Shown: one piece after another, positions 29,557 to 39,611 of the stretch
Layout: every line of letters begins with the position of its first letter
Numbering within the stretch: position 1 is the stretch's first letter
From: Syntrophorhabdaceae bacterium
GTDB lineage: Bacteria > Desulfobacterota > Syntrophorhabdia > Syntrophorhabdales > Syntrophorhabdaceae
Reading direction: 5' to 3'
Length of the DNA: 64,000 nucleotides
Assembly: GCA_963665295.1 (NCBI GenBank)
Contig: OY762209.1
Coordinates: 1,088,001 to 1,152,000 of the forward strand
The notes under the pieces: generated by a model
Databases searched by the model: none
Told to the model about the DNA's origin: nothing
The model's input: only the letters and a program-made list of their open reading frames with translations
Made by a program: the position numbers and the translations under genes

Positions 29557-30776
29557 GTGTCACATCACACTTGTAATGTCGTATAGTATGATATAGAATC
29601 TCCTCAAGGGTTAAATTTCACCATGGGGAGGTCAGAATGATAAAATATAGGGTGGCGCTCGAAAGAGAAGAGCGAAAGGAACTTGAAGGCGTGGTGCAAA
29701 AAGGAAATCATAAAGCCCAAAAGGTGCTCAATGCGCTGGTTCTTCTCAATTGCGATCAGGGCCGGTTCCAGGACCACCCGATGAAGAACGAGGATATATC
29801 GGCAGTGTTGCGAATCAGCATGCGTAAGATAGATAGAGTAAAAAAGCGATTCGTGGAAGAAGGACTTGAGACTGCCCTTACCGGACACAAAGCAGAGCGA
29901 GTCTACGAGAAGAAGGCGGATGGCGATTTCGAGGCCCACCTCATTGCCTTGAGCTGTAGCGAACCACCAGAAGGTTTTGCGAGGTGGACCTTGCGTATGC
30001 TCGCGAACCGGGCCGTAGCGCTCAATTATATCGAGAATATCTCCTATGAAACCGTGCGTCGGGTTTTAAAAAAACGAAACAAAACCCTGGAAGCAGCAAG
30101 GATGGGTCATTCCACCGGAGGGCAATGCTGATTTCGTCGCCGCCATGGAGAACGTACTCGATGTATATAAACGCCCGTATGATAAAAGATTCCCGGTGGT
30201 CTGTATGGATGAAACCCCAAGACAACTGATCAAAGAAACGCGTACCCCGATTCCCCGCGCTCCGGGACGGCTCGAGCGTCACGACTACGAATACGAGCGA
30301 TGTGGCGTCTGTACCGTATTTATGGCCAACGAACCATTGGCGGGCACGCGCCTGACCAAGGTATCGGAAAGGAGAACGAAGCGCGACTGGGCGGAGTTCA
30401 TCCGGGAACTTTCAGGACGGTATGGAAAGGCCAAAAGGATCACCCTTGTCATGGATAACCTGAACACCCATAAACCCGGCTCTCTTTATGAAGCCTTTTC
30501 TCCCGAAGAGGCCAAACGCATCTGGGACCGCTTTGAATTCGTCTATACTCCCAAACATGGAAGCTGGCTCAATATGGCGGAGATTGAGCTTAACGTGCTC
30601 ATTCATCAATGCCTGAGTCGCCGGATCGACACTCTCGCCGAGGTCCACTCCGCCGTGTCTGCCTGGCAGGCCCATCGCGACAATCTCAACGCAAAGGTGA
30701 ACTGGCAATTTACTACTAAGGATGCGCGGGTGAAACTTAGGCGACTTTATCCGACATTAGATGAGTGACGTGACAC
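29557..30776 (+). mobile_element. IS630-family insertion sequence
   Basis: IRs GTGTCACATCAC / GTGACGTGACAC (11/12), TA on both flanks, split transposase. Confidence 0.95.
29637..30768 (+). CDS. IS630 transposase (OrfA 29637-30131 and OrfB joined by -1 frameshift)
   Basis: RWTLRML HTH region; DDE region CMDE, MDNLNTH, WLNMAEIE; A7 tract 30068-30074. Confidence 0.92.
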
Positions 30777-30896
30777 TAGGGGACATCCAGGTTCCTGAGA
30801 AGTAACCGCCCTTTCCGGACCGGTTCGAGGTCTGGGGCTTTGGCAAAAGAGATCGGGTTGAGGTGCTCATGTCCCGTGTCAAGGGCTGACCCCTAG

Positions 30897-31136
30897 GCCA
30901 CGCCAAAAGAAGCCGTTTCACAGGTCAGAAACCTTGCCGAAAAGCTGGCCATCGAGGAGGCAAAAGGGGCTGGCGAAGAGATTATGAAAGGCGCAATAAA
31001 GGATACAGCTCGTCCAGAAAAGATATGGCAGAAGATGCAACATATACATGAGTGTCTTGATGGCTCCAAGATCAACGTGCATTTCTGGAGGAACAGAATT
31101 ACTGGCGCAGAAGGGGGATTTAAGATTAAAAGATAA
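30897..31136 (+). pseudogene. Orphan polymorphic-toxin C-terminal fragment, no full-length start
   Basis: NLAEKLAIEEAK..IKD..WQKMQHIH..INVHFWRNRITG..GFKIKR*; resembles Rhs/CdiA-type tips. Confidence 0.6.
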
Positions 31137-31147
31137 GGAGTAAATGG

Positions 31148-31714
31148 ATGAGAGTGAAATGCATCGAGAACATGGTTGAGAGACTGCCGAGCGATAGCGT
31201 AATACCCTATTTCGGAGTTAACGCTGAAAGGAAATTTCATGTGTTGCCCCAAAAAGAGTATATTGTTTACGCTATCATGATGGTTGGATATTATCCGTGG
31301 TATTTGCTGTGCGATGAGTGGTATACCCATTATCCCAACGCTAATCCGTGCCAATCATTTGATGTTGTCGATAACCGAATCTCCAGGCATTGGAGATTCG
31401 GTTATCGTAAGGGAGGTTCTCACGATGACAGCTATACTGTCTTCGCTTTCAAAGAATGGATAGAAAATCCATACTATTATGATGAACTGACCGATGGCGA
31501 AGAAGGGGCTGTAGCAATCTTCAGGAGGTATAAAGCTCTCATGGATCTTGAATTTCCTGATCCAACAGTCAATAGGGTCGGAAAATCGTTGGCCGATAAC
31601 TGGATATTGTGTCCGTGCTCTGAAAGCCTGGAGGTATCATCGAAGGACGCGATGGCTAGGTGCCCCGCATGTGGAGAATTGATGCATAATCCCATATATT
31701 CTGAAGATTGTTGA
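31148..31714 (+). CDS. Candidate immunity protein with C-terminal Zn ribbon
   Basis: 11 nt after toxin-tip stop with AAGGAG; EYIVYAI, FDVVDNRISRHW, YYDELTDG; CPC..CPAC. Confidence 0.65.
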   Translation: MRVKCIENMVERLPSDSVIPYFGVNAERKFHVLPQKEYIVYAIMMVGYYPWYLLCDEWYTHYPNANPCQSFDVVDNRISRHWRFGYRKGGSHDDSYTVFAFKEWIENPYYYDELTDGEEGAVAIFRRYKALMDLEFPDPTVNRVGKSLADNWILCPCSESLEVSSKDAMARCPACGELMHNPIYSEDC

Positions 31715-32101
31715 ATAACAGACAAAGGGAAACCAAAGGAGTCGCCCTTGACGACCTGTTGCCCAAATTCCACCCTTTGTTCCCCTTAAGGGGCTCATTA
31801 ATTCATCAAATGCTCTTGTTATGCAGTCTCTTTCAATACAATGCACAAGAGGTGAGGCCACCTGAAACTATGAATCCGGCTGGTTCGTTTCGGTAAGGAG
31901 GGGGGTCATTAGGGAGTAACAGTTTAGTCCTCCACCTCCGACCAGTTCATCAACTAGAATTGCGATACAGAGCCCTCTGTGCGGTCTTCGTGTCGGAAGT
32001 GAGAAGTATCTCCAGGAACTCCCTCGGCTTATGTCCCTGTCTCGAGGAGGTAAGCACAAGGCTCGGCAGAATGCTGTGGGTTCTCAATCTTTTTTCCATT
32101 C

Positions 32102-32232
32102 ATGCCGGGGAAGGCCCCCGTATCGATGGGGCAGGCGCTGTCAATCATCTGATGGTGAGGGGCATTACGAGACAGCCCATCTTCTATGATGCTACGGATA
32201 AAGACCGGTTCATCGAGAGGGTCGAAAAGGTT
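32102..32232 (+). pseudogene. Y1 (HUH) transposase/RAYT-like N-terminal stub
   Basis: MP..RIDGAGAVNHLMVRGITRQPIFYDATDKDRFIERV with early frameshift; truncated at repeat copy 2. Confidence 0.75.
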
Positions 32233-32520
32233 CGCTGGAAGGGGTAATAGGGTAGCCCCGTAAAACCGGCACCCCGCCGCGAGGGCGCCTCGTTGCCTGA
32301 AAAATAGTTAATCCCTTCGGGAAGGGTCGATTTGACAAAGCGAGCGGTCATGGCCCGCCCGTCAGGAATGCTCCCCGCAAAGGGGCATCCCGCAAAAAGG
32401 ACCGCCGAAGCATCCGTTTAACCATTATATTGACCTCGTGGGACCGCGTTCCGTGGAGCAGCCGCACCCCGGAAGGCGCTACTCTATTGTATATGGTGTA
32501 TGCCGTTTTTTGTCAACAAC
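32231..32520. repeat. Direct repeat copy 2 (decayed korA 5' end + upstream region)
   Basis: Matches 27991-28292 with substitutions, a 1-nt and a 13-nt deletion. Confidence 0.95.
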
Positions 32521-32617
32521 GGACTGATGCCGGAAGGCGGCTCAAAGGGCGGCCCGGGTCATCCACTCCCGGCATGTGATGTCCCCGGCGCTGTTCGGGA
32601 AAACAGGCCGGGTTCTT

Positions 32618-33517
32618 TCAGTTGCCGTACCAGGAACCGGTGAGCATGCCCTGCATCTCGATTATCTCTTCCTCTGCTCCATTCGGCCCCCATGCGAACT
32701 CCTCCAGGCTCAGATCCGCCAGACGGGGGTGTTCCTCCGAGAGAATGCCGAAGGCCTCCATACAGGAAGGGGGGCCTTCCCGCGGCTCCGAGCAGAAGGC
32801 ATACCTTAAATTGGCAAGGCCGTCCGACAGGTGCTGAAACGCAACGGAGTGTCTGTCACACGCTTCCGGTGCGCTCATGGGAGCATGATGGTAGCGGGCG
32901 ATGCTCACGAACTCTCCGGGAAGCTTCCATTTTTCCATGATCAGCCCCCCCACGGCATCGTGGGATTCCCCGAGAAATTCTCTCTCGGCTTCAAGGACCG
33001 ACATGGCGCCGTCGGCAACGGATCGGACGGCCGTTGCATAGACGTCGTGAGCGACCCGGTGCAGTATTATCTTGCCCACGTCATGGAGAAGTCCGCAAAG
33101 GTAGAGGATCGCCTGGTGCCCCATGTGGAGTTCCCGCGCAAGCCTGCGGGCGATGACGCCCGTCGCCACCGAGTGTTTCCAGAACGCCCCGTAGTCGAAA
33201 TGGGGGAAGGTCCGCTTAGGCGTCAGGGCGCCGTAAGCGCCACAGGCCACGCAGATCGTGGTGATCGCCTTGATGCCGAGAATCCGGACAGCGAAATCTA
33301 TGGTCTTCACCTGCTGCGGCAGCCTGTAGAATGCCGAGTTCGCGGCTTTCAGGACATTGATGCTCATCGCGGGGTCCGTGGATATGATCCGTGAGAGTAT
33401 GCTCAGATCCACGTCCGGGTCATCGAGGGCTTTCAAAAGCTCCAGAACCACCAGAGGGATAGGGGGAACGAGGTTGACCACAGATTCGAGCCGTTTCGCA
33501 AAGTTCCTGACCATCAT
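32618..33517 (-). CDS. HDOD domain protein
   Basis: DPAMSINVLKAANS, FWKHS, GLLHDVGK, RYHH. Confidence 0.9.
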   Translation of the reverse strand: MMVRNFAKRLESVVNLVPPIPLVVLELLKALDDPDVDLSILSRIISTDPAMSINVLKAANSAFYRLPQQVKTIDFAVRILGIKAITTICVACGAYGALTPKRTFPHFDYGAFWKHSVATGVIARRLARELHMGHQAILYLCGLLHDVGKIILHRVAHDVYATAVRSVADGAMSVLEAEREFLGESHDAVGGLIMEKWKLPGEFVSIARYHHAPMSAPEACDRHSVAFQHLSDGLANLRYAFCSEPREGPPSCMEAFGILSEEHPRLADLSLEEFAWGPNGAEEEIIEMQGMLTGSWYGN

Positions 33518-33884
33518 CCACCTTTCCGGATTCGAGACATACGGGACCCTTGGTTCGCAAAGCACCGGTATGGGGGACCCGCGGACCCGTATCCCGGTCA
33601 ACCCTCACGGGCCACGGGCAAAATATACGCCGACCGGCAGGGAAAAACAATGACGGGGATCAACAAATGTAACCATGAACCGTGTTTGTATGCGAGGACA
33701 GGGGAAGGCCCGCATGGGCTCCCGGTTCTTGCTCCCGTCCGCTTGGTCGGCACGGTTCCCCGGCACGATGCAACCGGGGCTTGACATGCCGTTATTGTTT
33801 GTAGTATATAACGAGTGGTGTTTTTGTGGTATTGCCGCCGACGGCCCACGAAAGACACAATCTTGACCGGAGGCGCGGCCTGAA

Positions 33885-34082
33885 ATGAGGAGAATTGTCG
33901 TGAATACGATCATATGTCCGCATTGCGGAAGGGAAACGAATCTTATTGAGTATGACCGTGGCTGGATAGGCTTATGCTGCCGCGGGGTTATCTACAACGA
34001 CGAACAACTGCCCGAAACGGATGGCACGAATAGAAAGGGACCCGCGAGGGACAGGCGTTCAATCCGTAGGCCGGGAGCTTGA
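33885..34082 (+). CDS. Small Cys-rich hypothetical protein
   Basis: CPHCG..CC; AGGAG before GTG 33900 suggests that start. Confidence 0.55.
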   Translation: MRRIVVNTIICPHCGRETNLIEYDRGWIGLCCRGVIYNDEQLPETDGTNRKGPARDRRSIRRPGA

Positions 34083-34095
34083 GGGGGCCGGACAA

Positions 34096-35589
34096 ATGGG
34101 AAATACTTACTTTGATTACGCGGACCAGCAGATAACCGCCCATGACATGGAGGCTATAAGGGGGAAGGAGACACAGGGCAAAGCCAACCCCGTTATCTTC
34201 CTGAATAAGATCATCGATCTTGACTTGTCCATACGGTCGACGAACGCCCTTATGAATGCCGGCATCTTTTGCATAGGCGACCTTGTTGGCAAGACTGCGG
34301 AGGAATTGAAGATAATCAAGGGCCTGGGGAGAAAGTGCGTGTCCGAGATCGGGGAAAGACTCGAAGAATTGCACCTTGCCCCCCATAGTCCCGACTCGCC
34401 CACGGAGCTGAAAAACCACGTCAGGGCAATGCCGCCGGAGGTGGAAAGGCAGGAACAACAGAAGTATTGGAAGCGGATTGCGGGGGATATCCAGACCCTT
34501 GAAGATGAGATCTTCTTCTTCCTGCGGCCGGCCCCGTCACAGCGGCACAAACAAATTGTCATGAGTGTTTACGGATGGGACGGCAAAGGAAAAAAGACGT
34601 TAGGGTCCGTGGGAAGAACCTTTGGACTGACGAGGGAGCGTATAAGACAGATTTGCGTCGGATCAAAACAGAGGCTAAGAAGAACCCTGAAACAGGGAGG
34701 TCTGCAATTTACCATACTTGAACGCGCCATGGGTTATATAGTGGAACATGCGCCTTCGGATACGGATGCAATTGAAGCAGGACTGGTCGGTGAGGGCATC
34801 ACAAGGGAAAGGTTCAACCTCGAAGGCATTCAAACCTTGGCGGAATTCCTTGATCGCGAAACCCGATTCACCACGGTCTCGATCGGCTGCAGGACCTTCG
34901 CCGTGCGAAGCGACGACATGTCGTACAGAACATCGTGCAGTGCCGCGATTGAATTATCGAAAAGAGCGATAGGGCATTGGGGCATGGCGAATATTTCGGA
35001 CATTGCAGGGCAAATCAAGAAGCGGACCGGACGGGTTCCATCCGGAGACATGGTATCGACGGCGATCACTTCCCTAGGCGGGTTTCAATGGCTTGACGAA
35101 TCCGCCGGATGGTTCTGGTCAACCTCCATCCCCAAGAACAGATTGCTGAACCTGATAAAGAAGGTCCTCTCTATTGCGGGAAAAATAAGAGTGTCCGAAC
35201 TCCGCGCGGGTATCGGTAGATTTCACCGCATGCACGGTTTTTCGCCCCCGAACCGGGTTCTTCTCGAACTTTGCCGCCAACTTCCCTGGTGCAGGGTTGA
35301 AGGGACCACCATAGCCGCCGACCCGCCCCTTGACTGGGAAAAGACGCTTGATACGACAGAGTGGGCCATCTGTTCGGTTTTGAAAGAACATGAGTCGGTT
35401 ATGCCCCGGGTCGAGCTGGAAAAGGAGTGTCTCGGGCTGGGAATGAATCCCCGCACCTTTACGTCATCTCTTTTGTACTCCCCCATTTTGTCGATGCCCG
35501 CCAATAGTATATACGCCCTGCGCGGGACAAACGTAAAGCCGGGGTCTGTCGACCCGGCGAGGGGTCGTGAAACGGCAAAGGAAAGGTGA
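34096..35589 (+). CDS. RNA polymerase alphaCTD-like + sigma70 region-4-like multidomain protein
   Basis: DLDLSIRSTNALMNAGI..KGLGRKCVSEI; TLGSVGRTFGLTRERIRQI; start 34021 also possible. Confidence 0.85.
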   Translation: MGNTYFDYADQQITAHDMEAIRGKETQGKANPVIFLNKIIDLDLSIRSTNALMNAGIFCIGDLVGKTAEELKIIKGLGRKCVSEIGERLEELHLAPHSPDSPTELKNHVRAMPPEVERQEQQKYWKRIAGDIQTLEDEIFFFLRPAPSQRHKQIVMSVYGWDGKGKKTLGSVGRTFGLTRERIRQICVGSKQRLRRTLKQGGLQFTILERAMGYIVEHAPSDTDAIEAGLVGEGITRERFNLEGIQTLAEFLDRETRFTTVSIGCRTFAVRSDDMSYRTSCSAAIELSKRAIGHWGMANISDIAGQIKKRTGRVPSGDMVSTAITSLGGFQWLDESAGWFWSTSIPKNRLLNLIKKVLSIAGKIRVSELRAGIGRFHRMHGFSPPNRVLLELCRQLPWCRVEGTTIAADPPLDWEKTLDTTEWAICSVLKEHESVMPRVELEKECLGLGMNPRTFTSSLLYSPILSMPANSIYALRGTNVKPGSVDPARGRETAKER

Positions 35590-35650
35590 ACAACGGGCCG
35601 GACGTGGTAAGGGCCGACGGTGAAAATAAACATTCCAAGGAGGAAGGCAG

Positions 35651-35911
35651 ATGACGAAGGTTTCCACGGCCTGTCCGTTTTCGCATAAATCGTGCAGAGA
35701 GTGCCCGATCTATATCGGCAGACATTCACAGATTTGCATTGCAGCCAGATACCGGAAAGGAGAGAGACCGAAGCCGACCTACGGCTGCACGCACCTGAAG
35801 TTTGAGTTTCCCGAAGAACTGGTCCATAGCGATACGCGGCTCAAGGACCTGGAAGAGAGGGAAGAAAACCTGACGGAAGCAAAAATAGTGTGGAAAAGCC
35901 GGGAAAAGTGA
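35651..35911 (+). CDS. Small Cys-rich hypothetical protein
   Basis: CPFSHKSCRECPIYIGRH..C; AGGAGG upstream. Confidence 0.65.
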   Translation: MTKVSTACPFSHKSCRECPIYIGRHSQICIAARYRKGERPKPTYGCTHLKFEFPEELVHSDTRLKDLEEREENLTEAKIVWKSREK

Positions 35912-35970
35912 ATCACCGACCCAAAGGCGCATGCGTTTCTTACAATTGCAGAAGAAAAGGGGGTTTAAGT

Positions 35971-36780
35971 ATGGCTGAGGGACATATCAGGGGCAGGGCA
36001 GCCGGTGAACTCCACGGGGCGCGGAGATTTCCGGCTGCTGGTGAACTTTCATACGGGGAGCGGGCCCTGGAACTCGACGAATGCGCAGGGAGAGTCGTGC
36101 CGGTGGAATGGTTTGTGAACTCAACGAATATCCATCCGGATCTCACCGTTTTGGATTTGTGGTGCGCGAGCAGGCTTGCCATCCCTCTGGCACAAAGGGT
36201 CCGGCATGTTACCGCCGTCGATTTCTCGAAAGATGCATGTCATTATTTAGGCCTGAGATGCCGGAAGGAGGGTATCAGAAATATCGCGCCATGGTTTTGC
36301 CGGTTGGGCGATGACCTTCCTTTAATGGGCATGGGGACTCATGATGTGGTTATCGCGTCATGGCCGATTCTCGTTCATAATGTACCGGCATCGACAATCA
36401 TGTTGAACCGCCTCGCAAGAAAAAGCGTTTACCTATGCGTCAGCGTAGGAAACGGTCCTTTTGACAGACCCATGTTCGAGGCGGTGGGCAGAAGCTTTGC
36501 CACAGGCCCGAGCTACACTTCCATATATTACGATCTCGTCCACCGGCACCTGGGCCTCATGCCCAATTTGTTGTTTCTGCGGGAAAATCTGTCCGGTCCA
36601 TGGGAGAGTCCGGAGGACGCCCTGGATGCGCAGAGGTGGATGTTTCCCGGCATGACCGAATGGGAGGAGCAGGAAATAAGGATGTACCTTGCAAACTTCC
36701 TTGTGAACGACGGGGCCCTATGGAGGCTGTCCTACGCGAGAGAATGCACGTGGGCAATCATGTGGTGGGACAAAGATTGA
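35971..36780 (+). CDS. Class I SAM methyltransferase-like protein, degenerate motif I
   Basis: TVLDLWCASRLAIPLA..VTAVDFS, HDVVIAS, WAIMWW. Confidence 0.7.
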   Translation: MAEGHIRGRAAGELHGARRFPAAGELSYGERALELDECAGRVVPVEWFVNSTNIHPDLTVLDLWCASRLAIPLAQRVRHVTAVDFSKDACHYLGLRCRKEGIRNIAPWFCRLGDDLPLMGMGTHDVVIASWPILVHNVPASTIMLNRLARKSVYLCVSVGNGPFDRPMFEAVGRSFATGPSYTSIYYDLVHRHLGLMPNLLFLRENLSGPWESPEDALDAQRWMFPGMTEWEEQEIRMYLANFLVNDGALWRLSYARECTWAIMWWDKD

Positions 36781-37218
36781 AGGATGCCGTGAAATCTTAC
36801 CGGTAACGGTTTGTCCTCCCCTGTAGCCCCTCACAAATATCTTCTCTAATGCCCCTCCCTTTTCTCACAGTTTTTTGGGCTCCCCCGCAGCCCCATATTC
36901 GACCCGGGCGAGGTCGATGGATCGATGTGCTCGACTACGCAGATGGTAACCACGACAGCAAAGATAGAGGATGTGAGGTCACAGATGTATCGGGGAGGAT
37001 CGGACGAGGTGTAGCGGGTCAGGCTTCCACAATGGCACAAAAGGCGAACCGGAGACCGGGCACCCGCTCTCCCCCATTTTCCCCTTGACAATTTTTGCCG
37101 ATAACGGGACAATAGCCCGCAATCAGCCCGTTTTTTTGGATGAAGTTGCAGGTGCAGTTGGTGTACTATTTCCTGAAGAGACCGCCGGGTTGCCCCGGCC
37201 GGGTGAAAGGGGTGAAAC

Positions 37219-39084
37219 ATGCAAACTGCGTCAAACGTTGCCGCCACGCCGGATACGAACCGGCCCGCCCCCGACGACTGGCGCGCGGTAATGCGCGCCA
37301 CGGGCCTTGTCTTCGGCGACATCGGGACAAGCCCCATTTATACGCTCACCGTAATCTTCCTCCTCATTCCTCCCACGCTGGAGAATATCCTGGGCATCGT
37401 CTCCCTGATACTTTGGACCCTTATCGCCATCGTCTTCGGGCAATACGTGTTCCTCGCCATGAAACTGGACCATTTCGGCGAGGGCGGGACCCTCATACTG
37501 AAGCGCATCGCCGAACAGTACGTGCGTCCGGGGAGGCTCGCGTCCATGATCGGCATTCTTGCCTTTCTCGGGGCTACGCTCCTCCTGGGCGACGGGGTGA
37601 TCACTCCTGCCATCAGCATCCTCTCGGCAGTGGAAGGGATCAGGCTGGTCCCCGGCCTGCAGCAGACTTCGACTGCCGTGGTAGTGGGTATTTCCATCGT
37701 TATCGCCGTATGGCTCTTCTTCTCCCAGCCCAAGGGGAGCGACCGCGTAGCCGCCTGGTTCGGTCCCGTCATGGTGGTCTGGTTTTTCGCCCTCGGGGCC
37801 ACGGGCTTCGTGTCCATCCTCGAAACGCCGGCCATCCTCCATGCGGTGCGTCCCTGGTATGCCCTTCAGTTCTGCGTGAAACACGGTTTTGCCACCTTCC
37901 TGATCCTCTCCCAGATCGTGCTCTGCGCCACCGGGGCGGAAGCCCTCTACGCGGACATGGGTCATGTGGGCAAGAGACCGATCATAAAATCATGGATGTT
38001 CGTGTTCGTGGCCCTCGTCCTCTCTTACCTCGGGCAGGGCGCGTTTCTCATGCATAAGCCGGATTCCACCGTGCTTCTTTTCAGCATGGTCCACCACCAT
38101 TTGACCCATGTGGGGTATATCCCGTTTCTCCTCCTCTCCATCATGGCCACGGTCATCGCCTCCCAATCCCTTATCAGCGGCGCCTTCTCCGTCATTTATC
38201 AGGCTATCAGCATGAACAAGTTCCCCTCCCTCCAGGTGGCCTTCACGTCGTCGAGGCTCAAATCCCAGATCTACATCAGCATGGTGAACTGGTCGCTTAT
38301 GGGGGCGGTCATCTTCATGATGGTCTACTTCAAGAAATCCGACAACCTCACCGCGGCATACGGGCTTGCGGTGACGGGGGCCATGACCATAGACGCGTTC
38401 CTCATGGCCGTGGTCTACTATCACCAGAAGGCCCGGTGGAGGTTTGCCCTCTGCATCCCCTTCTTCATGATCGCCGCGTCGTTTTTCGGCTCATGTCTTA
38501 CCAAGATCCCCTCGGGGGGATACTGGTCCCTCATTATCACCTCCATTCCCCTGAGCATCCTTGCCATCTGGTCCATGGGGGAGAGCCGTCTCAACAGTAC
38601 GGACAGGGCTACCCCTCTGCCGGAATTTCTTGCGCAATACACCGGTCATTCCGGACTGCCCCGGATACCGGGCACCGCCGTCTTCACCACCCCCCGGAGC
38701 GACATGGTCCCTCCGTACCTGCCCGCCTCCATGTTCGAGCACGGCATCATCTATGAGAAGAACGTCCTTGTGTCGGTGGTCATCCTCGACGAACCCCGCG
38801 GCCTCTCGTGGACGCCCCTCAAGGAGCTTGCCGACGGGCTCCACCAGTTCGAGATCCGCGTGGGCTACATGGAAAAGACCCCGGACCTAAGGGCGTGCGT
38901 TTACGCGGACAACCTTGACCCGCGGGCCGTATTCTACGGCATGGTAAGGATAGCGCCGATTGCCCGGCGCTGGATTCCTTATTCCATTCTCAAGCGTGTC
39001 TCCCCCATCTATACCTCCCATTACCACATAAGCCTTCCGGAGTTGAAGACCCACGGGGTAATCGACCGGGTTGACATGGGATGA
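37219..39084 (+). CDS. kup: KUP/HAK/KT potassium transporter
   Basis: VFGDIGTSPIY, GDGVITPAISILSAVEG, GAEALYADMGH. Confidence 0.96.
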   Translation: MQTASNVAATPDTNRPAPDDWRAVMRATGLVFGDIGTSPIYTLTVIFLLIPPTLENILGIVSLILWTLIAIVFGQYVFLAMKLDHFGEGGTLILKRIAEQYVRPGRLASMIGILAFLGATLLLGDGVITPAISILSAVEGIRLVPGLQQTSTAVVVGISIVIAVWLFFSQPKGSDRVAAWFGPVMVVWFFALGATGFVSILETPAILHAVRPWYALQFCVKHGFATFLILSQIVLCATGAEALYADMGHVGKRPIIKSWMFVFVALVLSYLGQGAFLMHKPDSTVLLFSMVHHHLTHVGYIPFLLLSIMATVIASQSLISGAFSVIYQAISMNKFPSLQVAFTSSRLKSQIYISMVNWSLMGAVIFMMVYFKKSDNLTAAYGLAVTGAMTIDAFLMAVVYYHQKARWRFALCIPFFMIAASFFGSCLTKIPSGGYWSLIITSIPLSILAIWSMGESRLNSTDRATPLPEFLAQYTGHSGLPRIPGTAVFTTPRSDMVPPYLPASMFEHGIIYEKNVLVSVVILDEPRGLSWTPLKELADGLHQFEIRVGYMEKTPDLRACVYADNLDPRAVFYGMVRIAPIARRWIPYSILKRVSPIYTSHYHISLPELKTHGVIDRVDMG

Positions 39085-39126
39085 CAGGCAATCAATCACG
39101 GGAAGAAAGGCGGAAAAGACCTCTCA

Positions 39127-39546
39127 ATGGAAATCAAAATAAAGAAAACAGGTATTGCCACCATAAAGGGTGACCCGGGGGCCGCCGACGTGACCCACGC
39201 CTACAGGGTCGTGGATAGGGGCAGAGAGTTCCACATCACCTTCACGTCCCATCGCCACGGCCACAGCGTGGGCATTGCGGGGGAGAAAGGGACCCTCTAT
39301 ATCGACGGCGAGGAAGACACCGTCCGGAGACAGGTGTTCGACGTGGGCCTGGGGTGCGGGGTGGGCATTGCGAGCGACGAGCCGGTGGAGGGGCTGTCGC
39401 CGTGGTCCGTCCGGGTCGTTGTCCTTGCCCATCGGGCCAAAGAGGAAAGAGAGATTACCCTGGTCATGGGAGAATCAGGCTCAGAGCGGCCCGCCGTATT
39501 TGTGGACGGCGAGGCAGCCAACAATATTCTTGACTCGTTTACATAA
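39127..39546 (+). CDS. Hypothetical protein
   Basis: Host-like codon usage, fills gap between kup and mqnE. Confidence 0.6.
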   Translation: MEIKIKKTGIATIKGDPGAADVTHAYRVVDRGREFHITFTSHRHGHSVGIAGEKGTLYIDGEEDTVRRQVFDVGLGCGVGIASDEPVEGLSPWSVRVVVLAHRAKEEREITLVMGESGSERPAVFVDGEAANNILDSFT

Positions 39547-39611
39547 TTCCCTTATACTCAAACCCACGCTTAAATGATCTGCGCGTGCGGTGCGCGCGCC
39601 TCGGGAACCCC

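Noticed and set aside
29637..30768. IS630 transposase as pseudogene
   Set aside because: Split at an A7 tract is typical programmed frameshifting; IRs intact
37090..37200. GEMM-I or c-di-AMP riboswitch before kup
   Set aside because: Only GAGACCGCCGGGTTGCC resembles a GEMM 3' end; pairing partner and core motifs absent
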